Positions 20,381 through 35,900 of a stretch of 64,000 bases of DNA are shown piece by piece. Location: positions 2,046,001 to 2,110,000 of the forward strand of contig CM035351.1 in assembly GCA_020137815.1 (NCBI GenBank), in the 5' to 3' direction. Both the position numbers and the translations under genes were made by a program. The notes under the pieces were generated by a model. The model was not told where the DNA came from. It worked only from the letters and a program-made list of their open reading frames with translations, and made no database searches. The DNA comes from Hormiphora californensis. Taxonomy: Eukaryota > Animalia > Ctenophora. The stretch's first letter is position 1; each line of letters opens with the position of its first letter.

Positions 20381-21892
20381 TCGGAAACTGAGGGAGATAG
20401 AGAAGTTGATTAATCATTTGTGCTACAGAAAATAATAGATTTCACAGGCTCTCCAAAAATGAGGAACGCCAATACGATTTTTGAAAACAACAGGGTGCAC
20501 AAAACTAGTTAACTGAAAAAGTAAAACAGTAGCTTAAGCTAAATATAACAAGCTACTAATAGTAATACTGCAAGGCATCCGGCAGCTATGTAAAGAACAG
20601 AATAAAAATTAAAAATTAAACAGCTCTTATGGCATAAGGGCTGTTGATAAGTTGTTGCATAAGGCCCTGAAGAATCTGCATGAGAGAAGAAGCAGAACCT
20701 TAAAAGTTAAAATTGTCAAGGGAAAACTAAACCAAATGAACAGGAAGGGAGCTCAATGAATGCTGGGGGACCAGAGGTGGAGGGTCCACGGGAAGCTGAG
20801 AGGTAGTCGTTCAAATCACCGGGATAAGCAGCGACTAAAACCATTAAAACCACTGAAAACAGGGAATGTTGAAACAGCTTGGATGAAAGGTTTGGACACG
20901 TAAGTTATATCTAAGTCGTTCCAGAAATTCGCGATATCTTGGGAATCCCAATGGGATCTATGAGGGTTGCCAAGTCAGACTGTTTTATAAAATAAAATAA
21001 AAGAGTTTGTACAAAACAACTATGAGGGATAGAGACTTTTACCTTGATTTATCTTGTTCAATGGACAATTCTCTTCCTGGAAACGTGTTCTGAATAGTTT
21101 ACGGACATCTTAGTTGCCAAAACACGAATTGAAAAAAAGTACATAGGATTGGGAAAAATAAATTTTCATTTTTGTTATACCGTTGATACAAAGATGGACT
21201 AGAGATTTTCTGGATTGTACCAAACCAGTGATATTCTGTAGTAAGACGTGTCAATATGCACAAAACAAGGTATTTAGGGGTGCTCTAAGATAAGGGGCAC
21301 TGAGAGAAGGGTCGGTGGTGGTGGCATTTGGAGCTTGGTGCAGTGACCTCAGCATTCCCAAACAAATTGAGACAAAGAGAAAAACGTGCTTGAGCTGCCC
21401 GCGGCCGACCTAAATACTAGAAAAGGCATACAAGAATGCAGTATCGAAATCATAATTCCATATTCATTTGTTTCCCAAGGGTACCCTTTAGGGGCCGAGT
21501 TACAAAGTATGGGTACCAATAAAATCGGGAGACTGCAGTTATATAGCCGGGGGTGATGCATCATCATCATCATGATCAAGAAGCCGTGTTTCACCACAAA
21601 ACCAATTTGGTACCATTGCTACCTATTCTCGCTTCGACGTCGATCTCGCATAGGTGTTCATGTCACAAAATAACGGGTGCGGGACCATGGTAGCTCGACC
21701 CTTCTATCACCACGAGTAGGTGCTAGAACATTACAAAACCCTACAGTGCTGATCCTATAGGGTTGGAAAGTTGATGATTTGTTATGGGGGCCCTTTGCAA
21801 CGCGTTACCGGGAGCCCACATACGTCGCATCTCTCGCATGCAATTGTGTCTCACAACTTTACAGCGCATCCCAATCTTTTACTCATCTCAAG

Positions 21893-21909
21893 GGGAGACG
21901 AGAAGAGGG

Positions 21910-21944
<35 letters not shown>

Positions 21945-21957
21945 TAGAAGAGGAGAG

Positions 21958-22018
<61 letters not shown>

Positions 22019-22315
22019 GGATGAGAGAGGGGAGGAGAGGAGACGAGAGAGAGGTGAGAAAGAGAGAGAGAGAGAGAGGAGAGACGAGAGAGAGAGAGAG
22101 AGAGACGAGGGAGAGGGAGAGAGAGCGAGGACGAGATGAGAGAGAGAGGACGAGAGAGAGAGAGGAGAGAGAGAGAGGAGAGGGAGACCCCAACACGAGA
22201 GGGAGAGAGTGAGGGAGATGATGAGAGAGGAGATGGGGGAGATAGAGAGAGAGAGAACAGAGAGAGAGAGAACAGAGAGAGAGATGGGGGAGATAGAGAT
22301 GGGGGAGAAAGATAG
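21893..22315. repeat. Degenerate (GA)n tract
   Basis: Direct reading. Confidence 0.9.
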
Positions 22316-22962
22316 AGCTTCTCGTCTGGAACGGTAACCCCCGTGTAATTACAGCATAATAGACGGTGCTTGTAAAGTACCAGAAACGAGACATGATAGC
22401 TCAGGGCCGAGAGAGGGGAGATGGAGCCAAAGTGAGCCGTTACAAGTTTCAACTGAAACTATCTTCCAAAAGTGAAAGTGAAATAGAGAGACGATATATC
22501 AAGGGTGCTTGCTAGGGTATTTATAAGATAACCTAGTGACCCTGTATTATTTACCCGTGTGTCAGATAAAAGGGTACTTGTGAAGCACATACTTCACACA
22601 CACTTACCATGCAGTGCTGTAGTAGTATGTCCATTAGCGTGGGTGCCCCTCGAGGTGGCCGAGGTGGTGTTGTTTAAAAAATACAACAAGGACCGTTTTG
22701 GAGGGGGGAAAAGATACTAAACAGTTTACCAAGCAACAATTAATATAGCAACATTGTCCCATGACACTGATCTCGCATGCTTGTATAAATCCCAAAACAA
22801 ATTAGTAAATCTAGACACCTGATATATCAAGTATATCTATCTTCTCTCTCTCTAAATACAGTATGTATCTCGCTTTCCTCTTTCTAAATAGAAACCACCG
22901 CGTTTTCACTAGGATGGATTCCGGGTGGGGGATACCGGCCGTTTGTCTGATCTTGTCTGATC

Positions 22963-24412
22963 CTAATTAACGGCCTGCTCCTCCCGACGGCTGCATGACG
23001 TGCAAGTCGCTCTACACCGATCCTTCATTACTATACCCAGAGTCCCAACCGCCGTACAGTGGTCCTTCATGCTCTGGCACACGGCCTCCGAGGTTATAAC
23101 CGCGTTCTTCGGGTCCTTTAGCTCATCAACACAGGCTGAAAGGGGTTATAGTTTTACTATCACACGTTATTTTGCACGATACGGGTATCATAGCTACATG
23201 GTTACCACGGGGTTTCAATGGTTACCATAGCAACAGATAACTTACCAGGGTTGTCCAGGGTGGTACAAATTCCGCAGTATTGTTTGCAGTGAGCGGACAC
23301 GTAGTTGTAGTAGCTGCCTGGGGCTAGGGGATCACATCCGTTGTAAACCTCCTCAAAAAACTTACAATCCGTTTCGTCGACATAGTTCTGACAGTACCCT
23401 GTAGAGAAGATAGGGCTGAATGCTCCGAATCTTATAATTGGAAGGTGCCACGGTTAACAATTGGACCTGGCCAGGTTACCTGTCGCAGGTATAACTGTTA
23501 CTCGGTCCTACCATAATAACTGGCACTCGGGCTCTAAAAACTTCCCTGCCACTTACCGACTTCCCCCTGGAAGGGACAAACTCCGCAGTACTTTCGACAG
23601 TTTACACTGACGTAGTAAAAGTAGGAGGAAACAGGATTGCAGGCGTGGTACTTGTCATCAAAAAACTTACAGTACTGCTCCTCTATCAGGTTATCACACT
23701 CTAGGAAACCGGAAGATTTTATCGTTTTTTCAATTGTTTTTTCGGGGTAATTTTCTTGTGAAAGTTTTCAGACAGCTGCTGCAGTACCACTTCTTAATGC
23801 TACTGCGGCCAGCGTGACCCTTTTGATTCTCTAACTTGAGATTTGCCCCTTACCCGGTATAAATAACCAGGCAGGCCAATGCTCTGACCGCATATTATTT
23901 ACCTGAGTCGAAAGAGCAAAGCCCACAGGTAGCTTGGCAGTTTGGCTCCATATATGGGTAGTAGTTGGATGCAGGACTACACGCGTCATACTGCTGGGCA
24001 AAGTTAGCACAGGTGGGAATTTTATCAAAGCATCCCGTTGGACCTGCATCATCTTCCCTTTCCTTCATCAGCAGGGCGTCCAGGTAGGCAAAACTGCAGG
24101 GGAGGGGGGAGGGGGACATTGGTTTACTTATACTCAGTCACTGATATAGTCACTGATATTATAGTCACTGATACGTAGTCACTGACGTAGTCAACTCTTG
24201 TTCCACTCAACAAGTCAACTTGGGAAAGTGCTCTGGGTGAACTGATCGGCTGACGTTTTAAAGGAGCTTAGGAGACGAACAACAGCGATATAAAAAAGGA
24301 AAAAAAAACTACGTAAGTGTTCCCTATTAGAGTCCGTTACCCTGTGGAATATTGTAGTGGATAGAACAATCTGAATTGCACTGCATATAACTAGCACCAC
24401 TACAAACAGCAT
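22963..24412 (-). CDS. Secreted protein with four ShK (ShKT) domains
   Basis: Four 6-Cys modules ending CxxxCxxC: CFDKIPTC..CQATCGLC, CDNLIEEQYC..CRKYCGVC, CQNYVDETDC..CKQYCGIC and CVDELK..CRATCTSC, one per exon. A signal-like MLFVVVLVICSAIQIVLS starts at 24412; the 5' exon joins are uncertain. Confidence 0.85.
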
Positions 24413-24549
24413 GTTTCAATTTGTGACACAAACAATAAAATAGCTGGCCTGGTCTGATCTTGCAATATATTTTGTGTCGGATGCTGTTGTTCATAAGGCA
24501 CATGAAATCTCAATCACGGAAACAGCATTCTATGCAGCGCCCTGACTTT

Positions 24550-24639
24550 TCTCTCTCTCTCTCTCTCTCGTTCTCCTCTCTCTCTCTCTCTCCTTCTCTC
24601 TCTCTCCTCTCTCTCTCTCGTCTCTCGCTCGTCTTTTCT

Positions 24640-24729
<90 letters not shown>

Positions 24730-24742
24730 CTCTCCTCTATCT

Positions 24743-24796
<54 letters not shown>

Positions 24797-24869
24797 CTCT
24801 CCTCTCCTCTCTCTCTCTCTCTCTCTCTCTCCTCTCTCCTCTCTTCTCTCTCGTCGCTCTCTCCTCTCT

Positions 24870-24920
<51 letters not shown>

Positions 24921-24934
24921 CTCTCTCTCTCTCC

Positions 24935-25001
<67 letters not shown>

Positions 25002-25085
25002 CACTCAATCTCTCTCTCTCTCTCCTCTTCCTCTCCCACTCTCTCTCTCTTTCTCTTCCTCTCGCTTCTCTCTCCCCCCCCCTTT

Positions 25086-25118
<33 letters not shown>

Positions 25119-25120
25119 CT
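24550..25120. repeat. Degenerate (CT)n tract
   Basis: Direct reading. Confidence 0.92.
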
Positions 25121-26917
25121 CTGGTCTTCCTCCCACTCTACAAGCAAGGATGGCAACGACAGGCCACCGAATGACAACAATACCCTAGGACAGGAAGACA
25201 CCATGTGTGTGAGGCGGACAAAAGAATCCGAACTGTATATGCTCAATGCTCATATTGTTGGTGCATTTGCAATATATGGTGTATTTGAAATTCTTTATGA
25301 AATGAGGGAAGCAGTGGAACTAAAAGTATGAGTTCCTATATACCTAATAAATTATGAGAACAGTGGGCTTCTCGGGAAAGCCTTCCCAAAAGTTAGCAGT
25401 TAATTACTGAGTTATTATTTTAAAAGCCGACAGGACACAAACATGTCAGGGACTAGGTGTCCTATGGTTGGACTGCCACAAGAGACGGCTGTCAGTGTCA
25501 GGTATAATAATTGCACTGACGCTTTTTTGCGCTCTTCGCTCTGAACGGAGCGAGAATAGAGGTCAGCCACTGGCTGTCCGCTATCCTCGCTGACACTACA
25601 GCTACTGCAGAGAGACGGCAAGGTTCAAAACTGTTCAGTCTGGGAACCCCTAACTGAACAAAGATTTTTTGAATCACCTTTTCAAGTTGGCCACATTGAT
25701 ACCTGAGTGAGATCGACGTCGCGCGCGACTGAGATCGATCACATCGGAGCGAGAAAAGGTTGCAATGGACCCAACTTTTCAAGACGATTCCACATGTGTC
25801 CATGTCACCACTCACCAGTCACCAATGCTCAGTCCCACTGCTGGGCTGGGGCAATGCAGCCCAATGGCATGGCTGCAGTCAGACAGTCGACTGGCCGACG
25901 CGACTGCCGTCTGTCACTCAGCTCTGCCAATGCCAATTTCAAGCGGCAATTTCTTATGCATATTGATATACTGAATGCATTATATCTTTTAGTTAACACT
26001 TTATAGTTTATAATGCCTAATCTCAGCCTTGCCTAGAACTAAAAGACAGGGAAGTGGACTAATCTACTCGCTCGTTTAACAGTTTGTGCGATCGCACAAA
26101 CTGTTAAACTTAAAGTTTCAGTTTGACTTTTTGCGAGCGAGTGCTGAGCAGGTGCTGAGTTTCTCTCGTCTGAGTTGAAAGTTGTCGAATATCTAGACAT
26201 GGCCGACTACATTAATTTGAGTATATTAATTTTAGACTCTAAATTAGAGCTCGTTCCTATTATGTTTATGGAACGCGCGGAGATTTTGTTATTTTTACTG
26301 CGCGTCTCTTTTTTTAATTCAAACCGCGCGTCGTGAAATCCAAGCCAGCTGGCTCAGCCAAATTCCTCAAAAATCTTTTTACAAACTCAATTTTTTTTGA
26401 AAAACGATACCATATACTTGAAAAGCGCTGCCTTATCCCGGGGGCCAGCATCGGTTGCCAATATACCTATACCGGATGCCTTATCCCACACTCCTTCAAA
26501 GGGGCTTGTAGCATATGGCAACCATGAAATTTGTGCTCTTTCCGGTGGTGATTGGTATGCCGAAGAGGGTACTGAGTCTGACTTACGCTTCAAAATTTTC
26601 AACATACTTATAAAAAAATTAATTTGAGGCGGCACCCCCCCTCAAATTCCCCGTCTAGAGAATGTCTGACTCAAAAGAGGAGGAGATCATGGAGAAGTTG
26701 AGGAAACACTCCGATGCCAGCGACGAAGTGAAGCGTCTGCTGAAAGTGTACAACGTCAAGGTAAAACACGACACCAACATGAAGAACCTGGCAAAGTGCA
26801 AGACTGATACCTTACATGCGGCTGCCCTGTTCCTCGGAGGTAAACCCCTTGATGATTCGGGAGAACCCAGGTACCGAACTAGGGAGAGCTTCATTGATTG
26901 GATGATCATGGCGATAG

Positions 26918-29900
26918 CAGGGCGGCTCTGCCATGCGGACGATGCGACGCGTCCGATTTTATTCGAATCATGAGAGAGACCAAGAAAAACATTCACGTAG
27001 GCAAGAGGTCAATTTTCGAACCACAAACTTGCATTTTACATAAAATTTAGCTCCGTTCGCGCGCAGCAGATAACGCCGCGCGGTTTTAGTATTGAATGAC
27101 CCGCGCGCTCCATCCACTCCCACAGCGCGCGCTAACCCATCACAGTGCGTCCGGTCCGCATTTCTGAACGCGCGAGTACAACGCTATACACACACAAATA
27201 CACACGGAATTCTGTGTATAAACCATTCACGCACCCATTTATCGGTCGGTTTAATGTTCCAATACCATTCCTGAAGTTTATAATCGTGCTGTCCACTATC
27301 AGTGAATCAGTGAATGTATAAAATACACGACAACAATTTAAATGAATTTGATGAATATCCATTAACCAAATGACAGTATGACACACACACACATCTCTAG
27401 ACTCTAACTCACACCCCAATTCAGTTCATGTCAACTCCACAGCCACTCACAACTGCACCCAACTCCACACCTGCATCACCATCTGCAGCAGCATTGCACG
27501 GGAATCTTCCTAACTTGGTGGATGATCTCCTCTCCAACCCATTTGGTATCCGTTTAGTTGCGGCAAAGCGGGCAATTGTGAGGCTGGGTGTACCGAAACC
27601 AACTGTTTCAATTTGCTATACAAGCAAGTATAGCACAGCAGCGGCGAAAACGAACACGTGTTGGTTTAAGCACGTAGAGGGCTCTAAAACTACAACCTCC
27701 CTTAACGCAGCACCATGGTTGACGTGCGCCACCGGAACACAACGACTTTACTGTTTCTATTGTCTTCTATTTCCACCGAAGATTATTATATTATATTATT
27801 AATTCAGTATACAAAATACATAAACGTTCTTCTTGTAAGTATACGAGAATTAACTACTGAAAAGATTCACTGCTGATAGATTCTTTGCTCTTGATTCTCT
27901 AAACTTCAGTGATAAGTATATATATATATATATATAGTGTATATATCTTATATTAGTGCTGTAGTTAATATAATAGTATGTAACAGATAATGATTAATAC
28001 AGTTAATAAAAGAATGTTATAAGGTTAATAATTAATGTAATAAGTTATATAAGATACACACATAGTAATAATGGTTCATTAAGCTATGTAATGTAGTAGA
28101 GAAAAAGCTACATTACTAGGCTAGTATAGTAAAAATAGTGAAAAAAGATTATTTTCGCGGAAGCATACGTAAATTCAAATGTTAAGTCGAATATTATAAG
28201 ATAAGTAAGAAAAACTTAAGACTAAATTAGGACTAATTAAGACTTAATAAGACTAATTCAAGACTAATTTAAGAATATTTACGAGACTTAATTTATGACA
28301 AATGAAGCTTGGATAACCCTAATTTACCTATAAATAAGGTATAAATTTACGATAGCTGCTACGTTACGTCAATAGATTATCATCACAATGTAGAATTTCT
28401 AATATATGTGCTACTAGCATCTGAACATTGCGTTCACGTTTTTTGTCTTGACAAAATAAGGTGGATACGGGTAGTTAATTCGTAGATGGCTTAAAGAACT
28501 GAGCTCCTGTCTTAGAGCAGACACGTGCCTGCAGATACACATTCAAATAGTTTGTCGCGTAAGAGAGTCGGGCAACAACCCACACTCTAGCATGTCGGAA
28601 CGGACACCAGGCTGTCACTGCTGCAGATACCGGACCGCAAAGTCTGAAACGTAGATTATGACGTGAGTGGTGATAATCGAATAATCGCGTAGATTCTCCT
28701 CTACTGAGAGCTCGGTGGAGAGGAGAGGGTGAGAACAAACTTCCTCCATTGTGTTGACCAGTCTTCTCAAGTCCTCCACCGTGTGACTAGTTCCAGCGTA
28801 TATTAATCGGTTTGAAAAGGTGTTCCATTTGGTTGTTGGACGGTATCATCACCCAGATTGGATATCCGTAGTGTCTAATTTCTCCTTGTGGTACATATGC
28901 TGATCTCGCTCATAGTTACAAGTCACATCTCTGAGAAAAGCTCCTGTCTTCTCGTTGAGCTGCCGGAACAATTAGACATCTGTTACTTTTCTCCTGATTC
29001 CTGGTCCTCCAACCATGGAGATAGCATTTGGTCATGGTTAGATGATGTGCGAAATGATGGTACGGTTCCGAGTCAATTTGTAGAAGTTTGGCCCTGATGC
29101 TTCCTCAGCTAGCAAACCTTCAGCACAAATTGATCGTCAGAATCCTCAAGGTGACTGCAAGAGGTGTACGTTGTGAGAAGGTCTCCTATACATGTTGGGA
29201 CTGAAATGACTCCCAGGCTTTCAGCTTGGCTCGAACATGAGGTTCTTTAAAGCTTGATATCCGTCTTCCAGCCGAGAGGGCGCGTATAGTGCTCGTAAGG
29301 GCACCACTGTTTTGAAATTAAGCAACGGGAAGCTATTCAGTCCATACCGTTTTCTAGTTGTGGATGTGAGAGCTACTCCATGCAAACAAGCATTTCTTTA
29401 AGGCTAAAGGGGACGCATGTGTTGAAAGTTCAGGTCTTTGTCTAGGTAAAACGCCCAAAACCCCTTGTGGAATCTGCATATAAAATTTTTCATTGCGAGG
29501 TAGAATTTTGGAAGAGTACCGTCGGTGGATCTTGATTCTTTTGGACGATCAAAAGGATTTCAGTCTTGTCTTTTCCACAGTTTCACACCAGCCGCCAAGT
29601 ACTACAACCATTACGTGGATGTTGTGTAGTACTCTTTGCATAGATGATTCACATTCTTTGTACTGTACCAGTGATAACTACAGTTACCATCGTCTGCAAA
29701 TTGAATGTCAGTGTGGTGACGAATCATCAGGGGAAGTTTCTCGTAGTCAGAAGAAGATCCGTTTGTAAAAGGATAATAGGAGAGGCGAAAGTACTGCTCA
29801 CTTGTGGTAATCCTGTGTCCACAGATTCTGGCTCTGTCCCACCTATTTCCGTTACTTCAAAATGACCAATCGGTGTAAGCATAGAATGGAGAAATTCAGT

Positions 29901-32900
29901 GATTCTGCCATGTACTCCTAAGCGATGGATTTTGAGATGAGGAGAGGAATCGGCAACACTGTCAAAGGCCTTCTCGAAATCTATCAGCAAAAGATAGGCG
30001 GTTGCCTTTCTCCTACGGTTTTCATGTAGAGTTGCCAGCATTCGGTATAGATATCGAGTACAGCTCCGGTTTGGTAGAAATCCTTCCTGTTCATCTTCGA
30101 GCAAACGTTTCGCTATAGAATGAGTCCCTCATTCTTCGGTCTAACACCCTCTCAAAAAGTTTAACGATGTACATACTGATGGTGATAGGGCGGAAAGACC
30201 CCGGTTTGAGATATGAGCTCTTTCCTGCTTTCTTGATGAAGGAAACGTTGATGTCTCCAGGGCCATACTGAACACTTCAACACAAATCGAATAACTCGGC
30301 TAGAAAGTTTACTGCCCGACCTCCCATATGTTTCAGAGTTCTCGGGTGAACCCATCTCCATCCGCTGCCTTTCCACTCCAATCCTGTGCTGAGATCGCCT
30401 GTTCCACTTCTCTCGTTCCACTTTGCTATTCAGTAGGTTCTCTCTCAGGTTCCTCGTCCGTTAAATCCACTGAATGATGTCCTCCACTTGCCTGCATATC
30501 CGCCGGTACTCCTCTTCATCGAAGTCCCTGTTCTTGAGTGGTTCCCCTTCAAAGTACGTCCTAAACAGTATATCTTCTTTTTCTGATTGACTGTGTTTCA
30601 GGGTGCCTTAAATCCAAACACCCTATGAATTTCCTCTGGGCCAAGAACAATCCTCTGAGCGCTTCCAGAAAAGATTACTGTCGTGCACATTTAACCCTTG
30701 AAGTCGTTCATGTATCCACTTGTTCTTACTCTTAATCAGCGTCTCCTTGAAGATGCTTTCGCGCTCCACGAGTTTCTTTATTCCGAGTTGTTCGCCTGAA
30801 TGATAGTGTCGTAGAGCTCCTTGGGAGATTTTTTGATAGTCCCGACAGTCATGTGTCCAGAATGGTTTGCTATATCGACAGATAGTCTTCTTCGAGATGA
30901 ATAGTTCACATGCTTCTCCATGTATCCTCAGAAACTCCTGTACAAGTCCTCTGGATCTTCAGTTCCACGTATTTCCGGAAGATGACGCTCCAAAATCCTT
31001 CACCTCGTCCCACTCTGCTTCCCGTAGTTGAATACCCTCTTCCGCTTATGGGTTTAGTGACCTGACCAATTGTTTATGGTGACTGGTATGTGTCCTCGAT
31101 CCGGCGCTCCATGAACAGACAAAGCCCTTCGTCTGATCGACCCAAAGTCCCCTAGTGGTCCAGAGTTGCCAAATATCAATGTTAGATCTTGACACTACCT
31201 CCTCCAGCGATAGAAACGTATTCCTCATCGGTGAAAGATCCGGGCCCCTGCTGTTACAAAAGTCTCTAGTAGATGACCATTGCTGTTGTAAAGTCTATCG
31301 CCCAAGCTTGTCCTCTCGCGTTAAAGTCCCCATGACTTGGAGAGTAGCAACCCCGTGCATAAACAGTATCTCCAAGCCTCTTGAATGGGCTCAGTAGTCT
31401 GCTGAGGTCCGACGACGGCTACTGTATACCGAAGCATACATCACAGGTCGCTTTGAAGGGTTTGCAATCACGAAAACAGCTGCAACACCCTTTACTTCTA
31501 AACTGGGAATTCTCTGAGGATAGAACGAATTATCAACCGAGATGTGACACCTGATCGTCTGCAACTCAAAAGTTCGTAGGTTTTTGAAAAGTCCTCGTTT
31601 GGTACCGTACCGCGTTTCTGCAGTGCCAGTACCGTGATTGTTCTATCGGAACAATAGTGGTCAATCGCTGTACTGGAATGAGAAGAGAGGCCCGAAATAT
31701 TTAGTTGACAGATACTAACCATGATGAAGATCGTTTTTGATGGGCAGTATATACTGGACAGTTGTACTGTTGGAGTTGTGATTTCCACTGCAGTGGATAC
31801 ACTTGGCTCGGCTGAAGGGATCCGCTGTATGCGTGCTACCTCTCACCACATTGAACGCAGGCCTCGTTGTTATTGCACCATGCGTCCCAGTGCCGTATTT
31901 CCAACACTTTCGACATGGAGCGGGTTGATCACCCGTCTGTCGATATACTCACGTATACGGAAGTGCCTTGTGTCTATGTTTAGTCCCCATAGTTATAGCC
32001 TTATTCCTCAGTCTTCCGATTCAAAGATTAGCCGTACAGAGTATCTTGGGTTTCCATTGTTATCAGTGAATCTGTAAATTTTGGCGTTGTTCCCAGTATT
32101 CCGAGCAGGCTTCCATAATCTCAGTATCAGAGACTCTAGAGGAACATGATCCATAACTGCCTTTTGACTCGGACCCTGTGTTAGCGAGGATGACGGCTGA
32201 GGTTTAGTCCCTTCACCCCAAAGAATTTGGTTGCCACCGTCAACTACCTTATGTCATCTGCAGGGATGTCAATTCTATAAGCAGTGAACCCCTAGTGGTA
32301 GGTTTAAATTGGTCTACTGGCATGTTAGGATAGTTTAAATTAAATTCAGTCAAGATTAAATGTCCCTGTGCTAAATATCTACTATAATAACCCACCCCTC
32401 TCACTTGTACAGTCCGTTTTGGATCACATCTCGACTCCTACTTCTCTCGTTCCCTCAGGCATTTCAGGCTCACCGTTCACCGAATTGGACTGTCCCATGG
32501 TGTTCACTCTTCCGGCATCTTGCCCATGTTGAATCATTGGCTGGTTCACTGATCGGACGTCCCTGCGAAGGGTGGGCTGAATGTACATTGTTTGAGCTCA
32601 CGAGCAGATGTTGTACTAGCAGTTCAAAGGAGAGTCAGTAACTCTTGTTCAAGGATTTACCGACTCTCTACAATATTGTGTTTATACGGTAAGAAACGCG
32701 GTAACTTTGCTATCATGGCCTGCTCAAAGTTTTCTAAAACGATCGTCAATATCTTCTGGGTAAGTACAGACGGTTTCGTTGCTCATATTTAATAGTACAG
32801 TTCAGTCATCGTCCACATACAGCGGACAAAAACCATGCTAAACCCTCGTATTCGTTTATCAGCAAACAGTTTTATCATCATCTAGAACGGCAGAACAGCA

Positions 32901-35900
32901 CTATGTCGGCATGTTACAGTATACTCTCCATTGATGGTTGACGGGGGCATTAGATGCCTGCTCATGTAGATCGTCCAAAAGTTCAAGCGTGTGAGACAGT
33001 ACGCACTCCTCAATAACTGTAGTATATCAGTACGGCTGGGTCTTGGAAGACGGGGGATTTGGTGATCTTGGTGACAAAAATTCATTAACCCTTTTGTTCA
33101 AACTGCGGCTTTCAACGCAAGAAAATCCCATCGTGGGGTGTCTCGAACAGTTTTTCATATCGGGGTATCCTCCCGTTCTTTTTTTTTTAGTCATGTTTCT
33201 GCCCTAGGGGCGGTAGTGGGTCGCCATCCTAAAACTCAATAAATAGTTTTACCACCGAAGAAGCAGACACAGAATAATGTTTGGTCTGGTATCGGGTATA
33301 ACAACTTCTCCCGTATATCTGAAGACATCGCGAGGCATGCCTCAACCAAGAACCATATAGCTGCTGCGGTTGATTTCAAACAGTTTTTGAAGAATACGGA
33401 CGAATCTGAACCGGGAACCATCCCACACATGAACAAGGAAAGCATAATTGAATACAATCTAGAGGTGGAGAAAAACCGGAGCTACCTCAAAATTATGTTT
33501 GAAGTTGCTATAAAGCTGGGCATCCTGGCATCACCTTTCCGGGGCCATGACGAAGGGGCCGAGAGTGACAACCGGGGGGGATATGTTAATGGCTAACTCT
33601 ACTATCCAGTACCTTAAACGTCCATCCACCACATGGATTCCTAGGAACATCGAAGACAATTCAGGAAACAGCTCATTCACTCATTTCAAACAATGTGGAA
33701 AGAACAATTCACCAAAAATCAAAAACTTCAAGGTTTATAAGTGTTTTATCGACGAGGCAACAGATGCCAATCATCACCACAGATGGCTGTGTGTGATCCG
33801 TTTTGTCAACGAGAAAGGCGAGTTGGAAGAACGCTTTTTGGATTGAAGAACGTGAGTGGGTAGTAGAGGAGCAGCTGGCTTCATGAAGAGTTAAAGAAGG
33901 CTTTGTTACCCCTGGGAGATTAACTATTGTTGGTGGTCTCATTCGATGGAGAACAGTGATGTCTGGATGTGATAGGGCCTTTCTGGACGTATCCGTGCTG
34001 ATATTCCACACGCGCAGTTACGTTCATTGTGTGCTCACAGGTGCAAATAGTGCTGACAAGGCTGAGAGATGTCACGGAAGTCGAAGAGCTTGCCATCTAT
34101 CTGGCTGACCTCAGCAAATTCTTCAGATCGAGCCACGTCAGAACTCACGCTCTAGGAGGAGTAACTCGTCCGCCAGAGGCAGGTAAAACCCGATGGAACA
34201 CGCATTCCCGGTTGGTATCGAACTTCCTGAACAACAGGTTGGGGTACATCGCAGCACTGGAGAAGATGGAAACAGGAAGGAATGCAGATGGGAAGTTTTC
34301 ATTTGATTCTACAACACGTGCCAAGGCCAAGGGGCTCATCAAAGGACTCCGCAGCTGGACTCGTGTTGCAACTGCTACTATATTACAGGTAAAAACAGAA
34401 ATCGCCATTCCCAATGTCATCTTTAGTCCCTTCTTCTGACACCCCAATAATCAAGACTTTCTTTTCCAGGCCGTGTTATTAACACTGATATCCGATGACA
34501 AAGTTGCAGTCTGCTAAGCTTGACATGACCGGCCACCAAGAACGTAGAGGAGGCGACTGAATCACTTCTTAACATGAGAGATGAGGAATCAGTCGACCTG
34601 ATGTATACGGGTCTGCCCTCTGATCTCAAACAACCGAGCAATCAGAGAAAGAGGAAAACTCCCAGTCGTTTTCAGGGATACGAGGTAACTGGAGTCAGTG
34701 CGCCGGGAGACCGACGGCTGGAAAAAGTTCCGTGACATATACTTTCCTGTATAGACAATGTAATGGACAGAATGTCTGTTAGATTTGCATCGATACCGGA
34801 ATTCCGGTTTTTCAGTCTCCTGGATAAAACTGGAAATGTGAATGATGGGCTAGCGTTGTTATCAAAATCACCATACGGGCACTGTTCAATGTCAGTACCT
34901 TAAGAACAGAGCTGATATATTACAGGACTGCCAGTTCATTACCAGGTAACAATCCGTTAGAGCTCATGAAAGAGATTCGAAAAAGTGGCATTGGGGAGGA
35001 TTTACCACAATTGTCAATGTTGGTGGAGCTCATCTTGACGATCCCAATCACAAGCGTCGGTTGTGAGAGGTCCTTCTCCAGCCTGAAAAGGATCCTTACA
35101 CACCTGAGGCGAACCATGGCTGACAGCAGACTAAGATCTCTTTCACTTATTGAGGTTGAGAAATCCGTGGCCAAATCCTTAGATCTGGAAAAGCTAGTGG
35201 ATGATTTTGCAGATTGGGGACTACCAGTTGAGAGTGATCCAGATCAGGATACCAGCGGCAGCTCCAATCCCTCTGACGCCCGGATCATCACTTGGTAATG
35301 AAATTCCCCCTCTGCGCTAGCTCACGGAGGGGTAATAATATCGCTTGTACGGCGGAAAAAAAATTCCTGTGTCCAAACTACAAAACAGAAAGTTCTAATT
35401 TTTTGAACATACCGAGGAAATTGTCTGACTACCATTACATACCGGAATTTTTCGATATTTTGGCCATTAACACTGTTTTTGTTTTTGGAAACTATGAAGA
35501 TGCTGGAATTTGGCTACAAAAACCTTCAGAAATGTGCAAAATGCCATTCCAAAGGTATTAGAGGTGGATTCATTGATAACTAAGCTATAGTCGAGTCAGA
35601 AAATTCCACAAGATTGGAATTTTATGCCCATATAAGGAGTTATGGCGACACACCTCTGTTGTTAAACATGTGGTGTAATCGCTACCGGTCGTTACTTTCT
35701 GTAGAATTCAGGTCCTGGTTACTATACAAACTAGTACCATACGTTTTAGATAGGTTTTAGACAAGTTTTCGATAACTTTTTATGAGAAGGTCCCGTAAAT
35801 TTTCATTTTTAGGTAGGCGGTATTGTCACCCCTATATGCAATAATAGGGGTGACTTCGTAACCAAGATCATCACCAGGAGAGTGTTGAAACTGAAAAAAC

